Below, piece by piece: positions 8,412-17,375 of a stretch of DNA of 25,732 nt (positions are counted from its first letter, which is position 1; the number at the start of each line of letters is the position of its first letter). A program made the translations under genes and the position numbers. Under the pieces are notes generated by a model. That model made no database searches and had not been told where the DNA came from. It worked only from the letters and a program-made list of their open reading frames with translations. The stretch comes from Candidatus Omnitrophota bacterium (GTDB lineage: Bacteria; Omnitrophota; Gorgyraeia; Zapsychrales; Aceulaceae), in NCBI GenBank assembly GCA_041664145.1, contig JBAYLJ010000001.1, positions 1 through 25,732 of the forward strand, written 5' to 3'.

Positions 8412-9806
8412 ATGTTCATTAATAATATTATAAATAATAAATTTTTTAATCGTAATCCTGAGGCGCTCATTTTGTGCAGCTTTTTAATGACCATCCTTGT
8501 GGGTGGTTGCTTGTTAAAGTTGCCATACACTGTTCAGCCGGGAGTTTCTTTGTCTTGGATTGACGCGCTCTTTATGTCAACATCGGCAACATGCGTTACA
8601 GGCTTAAGCGTTATTGATATTGGAACAAAGTTTTCTTTTTTTGGTCAAATGGTTATCCTGATCCTTATTCAGGTTGGAGGATTAGGTACCATGACGCTTT
8701 CTTTGCTTTTCCTTATGCTGCTTGGGCGACGCGCGTCGCTCACAACGCGTGGTTGCTTGGCCTCATTATCCAATGAAGTTGATTTGCGACGCATTCGTTT
8801 GGCAACTTTTAAAATTTTTATTTATTCAATCGTCCTTGAGCTCTTAGGCGCTATCTTATTATTTTTCTATTTGCAGCAAAAACACGATACTGGCTTCGCG
8901 ATCTATAGTTCAATTTTTCATTCCATTTCAGCCTTCTGCAATGCTGGCTTTAGCCTCTACACAGAAAGTCTTGTTTATTTTCAGCATTCTGCTTATGTTC
9001 AATGCATTATCATGGCCTTAATTATTTTAGGAGGCATTGGCTTTATTGTTATGAACGATGTTTTTTCAACTCTTTTCAGAAAGAAAAACAATCCATTTAA
9101 AAAGCATACGCTCCACACAAAGATTGCTATTATTGGAACTTTTTTTCTCATTATTTTTGGGACGCTTATGATATGGCTTTTAGAGCGTACAAATATTTTA
9201 TCGCAAATGTCGTTACCGTATCAATTTCTAAATGCAGCCTTTCTTTCTATTACTTCGCGTACAGCTGGTTTTAATAGCATTGATACCTCGTCATTATCCA
9301 ACGGAACTCTATTTTTTGTCATTGGGCTTATGTTTATAGGTGGCTGTCCAGGATCAACCGCCGGCGGCGTTAAAGTCAACACAGTCTTTGTTTTAATTTG
9401 TTTTGTTGTCAGCCAATTCAAGGGAACAGGTACTGCAAGTTTTTCAAAACGAAAAATATCACCTGATGTTATTTATAAATCGGCGGCGATTATTATCGCT
9501 TCTGTTGCGCTTGTTATGGGGGCGGTTTTTATCCTTCAGATCACTGAGAGCATTAATCAGCATTGTATTCCAGGGCAAGAACGAGGAAACTTTATTGTCT
9601 TGCTTTTTGAAGCTGTTTCAGCCTTTGGCACCGTTGGACTTTCTGCCGGGAATACCTCGGCGCATTCAGGATTGGGAGAATTTGTGCTCATTGTCTTGAT
9701 GTATATTGGCCGCGTAGGGCCTCTGACCCTTGGCTTTGCATTACAAAGAATTTCGAATAAAACAGCTGATTTTGAATACCCAGAAGAAGATATTTTTATC
9801 GGTTAA
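8412..9806 (+). CDS. ktrB: KtrB/TrkH-family K+ uptake membrane subunit
   Basis: Four pore loops, each with the filter Gly: SATCVTGL, SAFCNAGF, TSRTAGF and SAFGTVGL. Also PGSTAGGVK and MYIGRVGPLT. Confidence 0.93.
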   Translation: MFINNIINNKFFNRNPEALILCSFLMTILVGGCLLKLPYTVQPGVSLSWIDALFMSTSATCVTGLSVIDIGTKFSFFGQMVILILIQVGGLGTMTLSLLFLMLLGRRASLTTRGCLASLSNEVDLRRIRLATFKIFIYSIVLELLGAILLFFYLQQKHDTGFAIYSSIFHSISAFCNAGFSLYTESLVYFQHSAYVQCIIMALIILGGIGFIVMNDVFSTLFRKKNNPFKKHTLHTKIAIIGTFFLIIFGTLMIWLLERTNILSQMSLPYQFLNAAFLSITSRTAGFNSIDTSSLSNGTLFFVIGLMFIGGCPGSTAGGVKVNTVFVLICFVVSQFKGTGTASFSKRKISPDVIYKSAAIIIASVALVMGAVFILQITESINQHCIPGQERGNFIVLLFEAVSAFGTVGLSAGNTSAHSGLGEFVLIVLMYIGRVGPLTLGFALQRISNKTADFEYPEEDIFIG

Positions 9807-9820
9807 ACAGGAGGATACCT

Positions 9821-10474
9821 ATGATACGCAGTGCTTTAATTATTGGGTTGGGACAATTTGGATTAACACTCGTCGAAGAACTTTCCAAAAAAGGGTGGGA
9901 GCTTATTGTTATTGATAACAACCAAGAAAAAGCTCAGCAGATCAAAGACCTTGCGCATCAAATTATTATCACGGATGCGGTTAATAAAGAGATCCTAAAG
10001 AAATTCGCCACACAAGTTGAAATGACAGTTGTTTGTTCGGGTGAAAAAATTGATAGTAGTATTCTTATTACCTATTATCTAAAAGAGCTCGGCGTTAAAA
10101 AAATCCTCGCTAAGGCTTCCAGTAAAGAGCACGGAGAGATCCTGAAGGCTGTAGGAGCTGACGAAATCCTTTTTCCTGAGCGCGAAACAGCCCAGCGTCT
10201 GGCCCTTAGCTTAACCTCTCCCGATATCATGGAGATTATTAAATTATCTAATAATTTTGATATTGTTGAGGCTTCAGCTCCAGATAGCTTTATTGGAAAA
10301 ACAATTAAGGAACTGTCTCTTCGAAATAAATACCAGATGGACGTTCTAGCCATAAAAAATGCGCTGACGGGGAATTTGATCATTATGCCTCCGGCAGAAC
10401 ATAAGTTTAATCCTGATGACATCATGGTTGTTATCGGTGGCGTTGAATCGATCGAGAAGCTTAATCTAAAATAA
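9821..10474 (+). CDS. ktrA: KtrA/TrkA-family RCK regulatory subunit (RCK_N plus RCK_C)
   Basis: IIGLGQFG Rossmann motif, VGADEILFPERE and a C-terminal LSLRNKY RCK_C domain. AGGAGG RBS. Adjacent to ktrB. Confidence 0.92.
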   Translation: MIRSALIIGLGQFGLTLVEELSKKGWELIVIDNNQEKAQQIKDLAHQIIITDAVNKEILKKFATQVEMTVVCSGEKIDSSILITYYLKELGVKKILAKASSKEHGEILKAVGADEILFPERETAQRLALSLTSPDIMEIIKLSNNFDIVEASAPDSFIGKTIKELSLRNKYQMDVLAIKNALTGNLIIMPPAEHKFNPDDIMVVIGGVESIEKLNLK

Positions 10475-10673
10475 AAAAAATCAAAGTAATTTCATAGATC
10501 TTCCTTGATAGCATCACGCTGATTTGCGTTTTTACGATAAAATACATGGCATTAATCATGACACAAATTCTTTCTTGCGTGCCTATATTGATACAAAAGT
10601 CTTGAACAAGAATGCGTGCAGGTTTGTATTTTCCCGTCGTTAATGCAATATCGTAAGAAAATTAATAGTCTCT

Positions 10674-12248
10674 ATGAGTAAAAAATCATTTTTACGAGAT
10701 AGCTGGTCATCGCGGCTAGGAATTATCATGGCTGTTGCGGGATCAGCTGTAGGTCTTGGTAATTTCTTACGCTTTCCAGCCAAAGTCGCTGCCAACGGCG
10801 GCGGCGCGTTCATGATCCCGTACTTCGTATCACTTTTTTTGCTCGGCATTCCTTTAGTGTGGATAGAATGGACACTAGGTCGTTACGGCGGAGGTTTTGG
10901 ACACGGGACAGCCCCTGGTATTTTTCACAGCCTTTGGAAGAAAAATCGTTTTATTAAATACTTTGGCATTATTGGAATCTTTGGCCCTGTTGTTATTTTT
11001 TCTTATTATCTTTTTATTGAATCCTGGACGCTTGCCTATAGCTTTTTTTCGATTATTGGAAAATACAAAACGATCGCTGATCAAGCAGGAATGAAAGAAT
11101 TTCTTTCAGGTTATCAAGGCCTCGTTCAAAATCAATATTTCAACAGCCTTCTACCAGCCTACATCTTTTTTATTATCACATTCCTTCTTAATATCGTCAT
11201 TATTTATCATGGCATAAAGAAGGGAATTGAACGATTTTGTAATATTGCCATGCCGCTATTATTTTTTTGTAGCTTAATCCTTTTTATTCGCGTGCTGACC
11301 CTTGGAACGCCAGATGCCCTAAAACCAGACTGGAATATTCACAACGGCCTTGGTTTTGTCTGGAATCCAGATTTTTCCGCTCTTTTAAATGCTAAAGTTT
11401 GGCTTGAGGCCGCAGGACAAATTTTCTTTACGTTAAGCGTCGGCATTGGTGTTATCCTGACTTACGCAAGCTATCTGTCTAAGGCCGACGACGTGGTCTT
11501 GTCCGGCACAACAGCTGTAAGCACCAACGAGTTTGCTGAAGTTATTTTTGGCGGAACCATTATCTTGCCGGCAGCCTTTGTTTTTTTTGGTCCTGCGGAC
11601 ATGAAAATGATCGCTCATTCGGGAATCTTTAACCTTGGATTTGTCACCATGCCCTTAGTTGTCAATCATTTGCCCTTTTCAGAAATAATGGGTTTCGTAT
11701 GGTTTTTTCTTTTATTTCTTGCTGGAATTACCTCTTCAGTGTCCTTGGCACAGCCTGCCGTAGCTTTTCTGGAAGATGAATTTAACATTTCCAGGAAAAA
11801 AGCCGTGACCATTTTTGGCATCGCAGGATTTGTTCTTTGCCAGCCAGCCGTTTTCTTTTTGAAAAATGGTGTTGTTGATGAGCTTGATTTTTGGGGTGGA
11901 ACATTCTTTCTGGTCATTTTTGCAACCGTTGAGGTTATTTTATTCTCCTGGGTCTTTGGCATGGAAAATGCCTGGAATGAAATCCATCAAGGAGCAGATC
12001 TGAATATACCCCGCATTTATAAATTTATTATTAAGTACATCACACCTTTATTTTTATTTTCTATCTTAGGCATATGGTTTTGGCAAGAGTGGAAACCCTT
12101 TATTTTGATGAAGAATGTTGCCGTGGAGAATCGAACCTACATTATGTTAACGCGTCTTGGATTATTTATGCTTTTGGCCTGCCTTGGCTTACTTGTGCGT
12201 ATAGCCTGGAAAAAAAAGGCCCTCGCAAAACAGGAGGTCCGCGCATGA
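10674..12248 (+). CDS. Sodium-dependent NSS/SNF (SLC6, LeuT-like) amino-acid transporter
   Basis: AVGLGNFLRFP, GGGAFMIPY, GQIFFTLS, NEFAEVIFGG and AGITSS. About 12 hydrophobic segments. Confidence 0.93.
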   Translation: MSKKSFLRDSWSSRLGIIMAVAGSAVGLGNFLRFPAKVAANGGGAFMIPYFVSLFLLGIPLVWIEWTLGRYGGGFGHGTAPGIFHSLWKKNRFIKYFGIIGIFGPVVIFSYYLFIESWTLAYSFFSIIGKYKTIADQAGMKEFLSGYQGLVQNQYFNSLLPAYIFFIITFLLNIVIIYHGIKKGIERFCNIAMPLLFFCSLILFIRVLTLGTPDALKPDWNIHNGLGFVWNPDFSALLNAKVWLEAAGQIFFTLSVGIGVILTYASYLSKADDVVLSGTTAVSTNEFAEVIFGGTIILPAAFVFFGPADMKMIAHSGIFNLGFVTMPLVVNHLPFSEIMGFVWFFLLFLAGITSSVSLAQPAVAFLEDEFNISRKKAVTIFGIAGFVLCQPAVFFLKNGVVDELDFWGGTFFLVIFATVEVILFSWVFGMENAWNEIHQGADLNIPRIYKFIIKYITPLFLFSILGIWFWQEWKPFILMKNVAVENRTYIMLTRLGLFMLLACLGLLVRIAWKKKALAKQEVRA

Positions 12249-12343
12249 GATGGGATGGATGGATTTTTTTTCTTTTGTCTTGGGGCTTTATTATAGGATT
12301 AGGCATTTTTTGTTTTGTGCGTGTTTTTACAAAAAAACAGTGA
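12245..12343 (+). CDS. 32-aa single-TM peptide, putative NSS transporter small subunit (MetS-like arrangement)
   Basis: MRWDGWIFFLLSWGFIIGLGIFCFVRVFTKKQ. AGGAGG at 12232-12237 lies 7 nt before the ATG, and the ATG overlaps the transporter stop (ATGA). Hydrophobic core with a basic C-terminal tail. Confidence 0.75.
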   Translation: MRWDGWIFFLLSWGFIIGLGIFCFVRVFTKKQ

Positions 12344-12448
12344 AATAATTTTCATATATCCTTGATTTATAATCCTTAAGCCAGCGCCAATCGTAAGTGC
12401 CTCATACGACAACTCGTTAGACGGTAAAAATAAAACTATTTCTAAATG

Positions 12449-12476
12449 TTGAATTTTACATAAATATATATATAAT
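12449..12476 (+). promoter_or_regulatory. Putative sigma70-type promoter for the pst operon
   Basis: TTGAAT (12449-12454), a 16-bp spacer and TATAAT (12471-12476), ending 47 nt upstream of the likely pstS start. The region is AT-rich, so a chance match is possible. Confidence 0.45.
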
Positions 12477-12523
12477 AAACAACGTTGTCTGGGTCATTCA
12501 CCGTCATTCTCGAAAGGAAAAAT

Positions 12524-13390
12524 ATGTCCTCACGTTTTAAGCAAATTTTGACTCTTGCTCTTTTCTTTATATTTACCTTATCCCTGGCCTTTGCAAAGCC
12601 TCAAGAGGATTCTTTGCAGATCAAAGGATCAGATACCATGGTTAATCTTGCCCAAGCTTGGGCTGAAGACTTTATGCAAAAGAATCCTAATTCTTTCATT
12701 GCTGTCACGGGGGGAGGATCTGGGACAGGGATCGCAAGCTTGATTAATGGAACATGCGACATCGCCATGACATCTCGAACCATCAAGCCAAAAGAAATAG
12801 AATTTGCTAAAAAAAGAAATGTTTTTCCCTTTGAACTTAAAGTCGCCTTAGACGGCTTAGCCGTGATTGTTCACCCTCAAAACCCTATCAAAGAACTAAC
12901 AATTGACCAGTTAGCCAAAATCTTTAGCGGTAAGATCGTCAACTGGAAAGAAGTTGGGGGAGAGGATAAAGAAATTGTCATTCTTTCGCGCGAAGTTAAT
13001 TCTGGAACACATGTGTATTTTAAGGAACACGTCCTTCGCCATAACGATCCTTCCTCTCAAGAAGAATTTGCCCCTAAAGCGCTCCTTCTTTCTTCCTCCC
13101 AAGCCATTGCCGATGAAGTGGCTACAAATCCTTCCGCCATTGGATATTACGGAATGGGATATATTTCAAAAAGACAAAAAGCCATTGCGATCGCACAAGA
13201 TGAAAAATCTGTTTATGTGGAGCCAACGGTCGATAACGTTACAAATCAAAGTTATCCTATTTCTCGACCGCTTTACGTTTATACAAATGCTGAGCCGCAA
13301 GGCTTTATGAAAACGTTCATTGATTTTGCCCTTTCACCTGAAGGACAAAAAGTTGTTCTAACAAGTGATTTTGTCCCTCTGATAAAATAA
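12524..13390 (+). CDS. pstS: Phosphate ABC transporter substrate-binding protein
   Basis: IKGSDT, GGGSGTG, AMTSR and SREVNSGT. Sec/SPI-type signal peptide (SLAFA-K) with no lipobox Cys. The ATG at 12524 follows GAAAGGA. Confidence 0.93.
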   Translation: MSSRFKQILTLALFFIFTLSLAFAKPQEDSLQIKGSDTMVNLAQAWAEDFMQKNPNSFIAVTGGGSGTGIASLINGTCDIAMTSRTIKPKEIEFAKKRNVFPFELKVALDGLAVIVHPQNPIKELTIDQLAKIFSGKIVNWKEVGGEDKEIVILSREVNSGTHVYFKEHVLRHNDPSSQEEFAPKALLLSSSQAIADEVATNPSAIGYYGMGYISKRQKAIAIAQDEKSVYVEPTVDNVTNQSYPISRPLYVYTNAEPQGFMKTFIDFALSPEGQKVVLTSDFVPLIK

Positions 13391-13395
13391 AGTTT

Positions 13396-14262
13396 ATGCG
13401 AAAATTTAAAGAATTTATCATCGAGAAGTTAATTCTTATCAGCGGATTAACATCTATTTTCTTCGTTGTTCTTATTTTCTTATTTTTACTCAAAGAAGGT
13501 CTTTCCGTATTTCAAACCGTTACACCTTTTGATTTTCTCTTTGGTAAAAGCTGGTATCCCATTTCCGAACCCGCGCAGTTAGGGATCTTGCCCTTAATGA
13601 TGGGTTCTCTTATCATCACGCTTGGCGCAACTTTAATTTCTGTCCCCATTGGTATTGCTTGCGCTATTTATATTGCGGAAGTCGCTCCATCAAAGATGAA
13701 AGAAATTCTAAAGGCGGGCATAGAACTTTTAGCAGCTATTCCAAGTGTTGTTCTAGGCTTTATTGGTATGATGACCCTTGTTCCGTGGATCAAGAATGTC
13801 TTTAACCTTCCGACAGGGCTTACGGCTTTGTCAGGATCCATCATGTTAGCTTTTATGGCCATGCCCACGATCGTTTCTATTGCCGAAGATGCGCTTTATT
13901 CCGTTCCCAAGTCGTATAAAGAAGGCGCGTTGGCCTTAGGCGCAACGCATTGGCAAACTATTTACCGCATTATTGTTCCAGCGGCAAGCTCAGGTATTTT
14001 AGCAGCTGTTATGCTTGGCATTGGCCGCGTCATTGGAGAAACCATGGCGGTTATGATGATTACCGGCAATGCGGCTGTTATCCCGACAAGCATCTTGCAA
14101 CCTGTCCGTACGCTTACAGCCACAATTGCAGCTGAAATGGGAGAAGCTGTTGTCGGCAGTGAACATTATTTTGCCCTTTTTGCGATCGGCATTGTTTTAT
14201 TTATTATTAGTTTTATCATTAACGTAACATCTGACTTATTTCTACATCGAGAACGAAAATGA
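13396..14262 (+). CDS. pstC: Phosphate ABC transporter permease PstC
   Basis: ELLAAIPSVVLG, EGALALGATHWQT (EAA loop) and GRVIGETMAV. Confidence 0.95.
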   Translation: MRKFKEFIIEKLILISGLTSIFFVVLIFLFLLKEGLSVFQTVTPFDFLFGKSWYPISEPAQLGILPLMMGSLIITLGATLISVPIGIACAIYIAEVAPSKMKEILKAGIELLAAIPSVVLGFIGMMTLVPWIKNVFNLPTGLTALSGSIMLAFMAMPTIVSIAEDALYSVPKSYKEGALALGATHWQTIYRIIVPAASSGILAAVMLGIGRVIGETMAVMMITGNAAVIPTSILQPVRTLTATIAAEMGEAVVGSEHYFALFAIGIVLFIISFIINVTSDLFLHRERK

Positions 14263-15107
14263 TCAGCTCCTTAGGAAAACAAAAAATTGCCTTTTTCTTC
14301 TTATTCCTAGCCAATCTTCTGGTCATTGTTCCCGTGGGCTTAATTTTGCTGATCATTATTCAAAAAGGCCTGCCGGCCATGACATGGCAATTTATTACAG
14401 ATATTCCCCGACAAGGCATGCGCACAGGAGGAATATTTCCTGCTATCATCGGGACCGTTTACCTTGTTGCCGGATCCATTCTTTTTGCTTTACCTATCGG
14501 ATTATTGGCGGCGATCTATTTAAGCGAATATGCCAAAGAGAATCTATTAACACGCATGATCAAGCTTGCGATTGTTAATCTTGCAGGCGTACCTTCCGTT
14601 GTTTATGGTCTTTTTGGGCTTGTTTTATTTGTTTCGTTTTGCAAATTTGGGGCATCCATTATCGCAGGCTCACTCACGCTAGGCATCATGATCTTGCCGA
14701 TCATTATTACAACATCGCTTGAAGCGTTAGAAAGCGTTCCTGCGTTGTTTCGTGAGGTCAGTCTTTCGCTGGGCGCAAGTAAATGGCAAACCATTAGGCA
14801 TATCGTTTTACCTAATGCCATTCCTGGCATTATTACAGGAACCATACTCGGCATTGGAAGGGCAGCAGGGGAAACCGCACCTATTATGTTTACCGTGGCA
14901 GCTTTTTATCTACCGCGGCTACCAAAATCAATCTTTGATCAGGCCATGGCCCTCCCATATCATCTTTACGTTATTTCTACACAAGTTCCTAACGTAGATG
15001 AGAAAATACGCTATGGGACAGCTTTGGTTTTGCTCATCCTTGTTTTATTTGTGAATCTAGTTGCCATTATTATCCGCTATCAATTTAGAAAGAAAAAGAA
15101 ATGGTAA
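14259..15107 (+). CDS. pstA: Phosphate ABC transporter permease PstA
   Basis: NLAGVPSVVYG, EVSLSLGASKWQT and GRAAGETAP. ATGA overlap with pstC. Confidence 0.95.
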   Translation: MISSLGKQKIAFFFLFLANLLVIVPVGLILLIIIQKGLPAMTWQFITDIPRQGMRTGGIFPAIIGTVYLVAGSILFALPIGLLAAIYLSEYAKENLLTRMIKLAIVNLAGVPSVVYGLFGLVLFVSFCKFGASIIAGSLTLGIMILPIIITTSLEALESVPALFREVSLSLGASKWQTIRHIVLPNAIPGIITGTILGIGRAAGETAPIMFTVAAFYLPRLPKSIFDQAMALPYHLYVISTQVPNVDEKIRYGTALVLLILVLFVNLVAIIIRYQFRKKKKW

Positions 15108-15922
15108 ACTCCGTTCAAAATATAAAATCGGCGGCTAACGCATCCAACAAAAGTTGTCCTGAGGGAATTTCAAGCGGGATAAAGATCGATATCCAAGATC
15201 TTAATGTTTGGTTTGCGGCAAACCATGCCTTAAAGAATGTCAACATGCAAGTTTACAACCATGAAATCTTATGCGCGATCGGGCCAGCAAATAGCGGAAA
15301 AACATCTTTTTTGCGAACGATCAATCGGCTAAACAATGTTTTGCCAAATTTTAAAACGAGCGGAAATATCATCCTTGATGGCGAGGATATCAAAAAGATC
15401 GATATTGAGCTTTTGCGAAAAAGAGTGGGAATGGTTTTTGCCATGCCATCGCCCTTGCCGCTTTCTGTTTTTGACAATGTCGCTTATGGTGCTCGGATGT
15501 CAGGCATAAAAAATAAGAACAAGCTTAACGAAATCGTTGAACGTTCTTTAGAACAAGCTTATCTTTGGCAAGAAATCAAAGATCGCTTAAATGAATCTGC
15601 CTTTAAGCTATCTGGGGGCCAGCAGCAACGGCTTTGCATTGCGCGGACACTAGCTGTTGAACCTGAGATCATCTTGTTTGATGAGCCTTGCTCAGGCCTT
15701 GACCCGATTTCAACAGCCAAGGTTGAAGAAGCCATGCTGAAGCTTAAAGAAATTTATACGATCATCCTTGTCACGAATAATGTTAAGCAAGCTGCGCGTG
15801 TTGGCAACCGAACAGCCTTTTTTTTAAGCGGAGAACTTGTTGAGCTCGATCGTACAGAAAAACTATTTACAGCCCCGTCGGATCAGCGTACCGATGGTTA
15901 TATAAGAGGAAGATTTGGATGA
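15101..15922 (+). CDS. pstB: Phosphate ABC ATPase PstB1, with degenerate Q-loop and H-loop and intact signature
   Basis: Walker A GPANSGKT, Q-loop VGMVFAMP (Q to A), signature LSGGQQQR, Walker B ILFDEP, H-loop VTNN (H to N). C-terminus TDGYIRGRFG. Confidence 0.9.
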   Translation: MVNSVQNIKSAANASNKSCPEGISSGIKIDIQDLNVWFAANHALKNVNMQVYNHEILCAIGPANSGKTSFLRTINRLNNVLPNFKTSGNIILDGEDIKKIDIELLRKRVGMVFAMPSPLPLSVFDNVAYGARMSGIKNKNKLNEIVERSLEQAYLWQEIKDRLNESAFKLSGGQQQRLCIARTLAVEPEIILFDEPCSGLDPISTAKVEEAMLKLKEIYTIILVTNNVKQAARVGNRTAFFLSGELVELDRTEKLFTAPSDQRTDGYIRGRFG

Positions 15923-16668
15923 TCCCAAAAATTAAAATTCAGGATTTAAATCTTCATTACAGTGATTTTCATGCCTTAAAGAACGTGAATGTGGCTCTCG
16001 AGGCAAAAAAAATTACAGCGATCATCGGGCCTTCTGGCTGTGGCAAATCCACACTTTTACGCGTCTTTAATCGCATGAACGACCTTGTGGATGGTGTTAA
16101 AATAACAGGGGAGGTCTTGATCGACGGCAACAATATTCTTAACGCTGACACTAACTTAGTTGACCTGCGTAAAAAAGTGGGAATGGTTTTTCAACGGCCA
16201 AATCCTTTTCCTTTATCCATTTATGAAAATATTGTTTTTGGGCTTAAGGTTCACGGAGTCAAAAAAAACTTAGATCCTGTCGTGGAAAGCAGCTTGAGGG
16301 CCGTATCACTATGGGATGGGCTTAAAGACCGTCTTAAGAAATCAGCCCTTAGCCTAACCCTGGAAGAAAAGCAGAGACTTTGCATTGCGAGGCTCATTGC
16401 CGTTAAATCGGACATTGTCCTTATGGACGAGCCCTGCTCATCTCTGGACCCTCAATCAACAGCGCGCATTGAAGAGTTGATGCGCGAACTTAAGAACGAC
16501 TACACTATCGTCATTGTGACGCATAACATGCAGCAAGCAGCCCGTGTTTCTGATGACACAGGATTTATGCTTTTGGGCGAATTGATCGAATTTAATAAAA
16601 CTGAGGTTATTTTTACAAAACCTCAAGATAGCCGGACAGAAGGCTATATAACTGGGCGATACGGTTAA
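15919..16668 (+). CDS. pstB: Phosphate ABC ATPase PstB2, with degenerate signature motif
   Basis: Walker A GPSGCGKST, Q-loop VFQRPNPF, signature replaced by LTLEEKQR, Walker B VLMDEP, H-loop VTHN. C-terminus TEGYITGRYG. ATGA overlap with pstB1. Confidence 0.92.
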   Translation: MIPKIKIQDLNLHYSDFHALKNVNVALEAKKITAIIGPSGCGKSTLLRVFNRMNDLVDGVKITGEVLIDGNNILNADTNLVDLRKKVGMVFQRPNPFPLSIYENIVFGLKVHGVKKNLDPVVESSLRAVSLWDGLKDRLKKSALSLTLEEKQRLCIARLIAVKSDIVLMDEPCSSLDPQSTARIEELMRELKNDYTIVIVTHNMQQAARVSDDTGFMLLGELIEFNKTEVIFTKPQDSRTEGYITGRYG

Positions 16669-16677
16669 GGAGGAATC

Positions 16678-17364
16678 ATGGAACGACATTTTGACGAAGA
16701 ATTAAAAAAATTAAATGCAAATATTATGAAAATGGCATCTTTAACAGAAGAAGCTATTCATAGTTCGATCAAGGCTCTGAAAAATCGCGACAAGGGATTA
16801 GCGCAGTCGGTGATCAGTGACGACCGCAAGATCGATGAATTTGAACTTTTAATTGAAGAAGAAACTATTGATCTTCTTGCTCTGATGCAGCCGATGGCAA
16901 GTGATTTACGCTTTATCACAACAGGAATGAAGATCAATGCAGAGCTTGAGCGTATTGCGGATTTAGCTGTCAATATTGCCCAGCGTGTTCTTGAGGTTGC
17001 AGATATGCCGCTTTTAAAACCCTTGGTAGATATTCCAAAGCTTTCAGCTGTTGCCGCGAGCATGGTACGAAGCGCTATCGATGCTTTTGTGAATCACGAC
17101 GAGATCCTTGCCAAAAAAGTGATCATTTCTGATTCCGAAGCCGATAACCTCAAAAACCTTATTCATAAAGAGCTGGTCAACGATTATATGATCAAAGATA
17201 GCACAACCGTTGCCCGCGCTGTTCCGCTTCTTCTCGTGGCGCGTCATCTGGAACGTATTTGCGATCACGCCACCAATATTGCCGAAGACGTGATCTACAT
17301 GGTCCAGGCTAAAACGGTTAAGCATCACCCTGAAATGCTAAAAGATAACGGAAACAATATCTAG
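16678..17364 (+). CDS. phoU: Phosphate signalling/uptake regulator PhoU
   Basis: Two PhoU repeats: QPMASDLR...ELERIADLAVNIA and LERICDHATNIAE. AAGGAGG RBS. Confidence 0.95.
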   Translation: MERHFDEELKKLNANIMKMASLTEEAIHSSIKALKNRDKGLAQSVISDDRKIDEFELLIEEETIDLLALMQPMASDLRFITTGMKINAELERIADLAVNIAQRVLEVADMPLLKPLVDIPKLSAVAASMVRSAIDAFVNHDEILAKKVIISDSEADNLKNLIHKELVNDYMIKDSTTVARAVPLLLVARHLERICDHATNIAEDVIYMVQAKTVKHHPEMLKDNGNNI

Positions 17365-17375
17365 TCGGAGGGTTT

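Noticed and set aside
10475-10673. Possible amino-acid riboswitch or T-box upstream of the NSS transporter
   Set aside because: No T-box, SAM, lysine or glycine consensus recognised. Only short 4-7 bp repeats, expected by chance.
12074-12244. N-terminal part of the 89-aa ORF 12074-12343
   Set aside because: Overlaps the transporter out of frame. Only the last 32 codons have an RBS and a coherent TM helix.
12376-12430. Short TCGTA/TACGA stem and GACGG motif as a glnA- or ZTP-like riboswitch
   Set aside because: The match to those consensus structures is too fragmentary.
15101-15922. pstB1 as a pseudogene
   Set aside because: The frame is intact, it is translationally coupled on both sides, and its signature, Walker B and C-terminal motif are conserved. 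The defects are site-specific rather than random decay.
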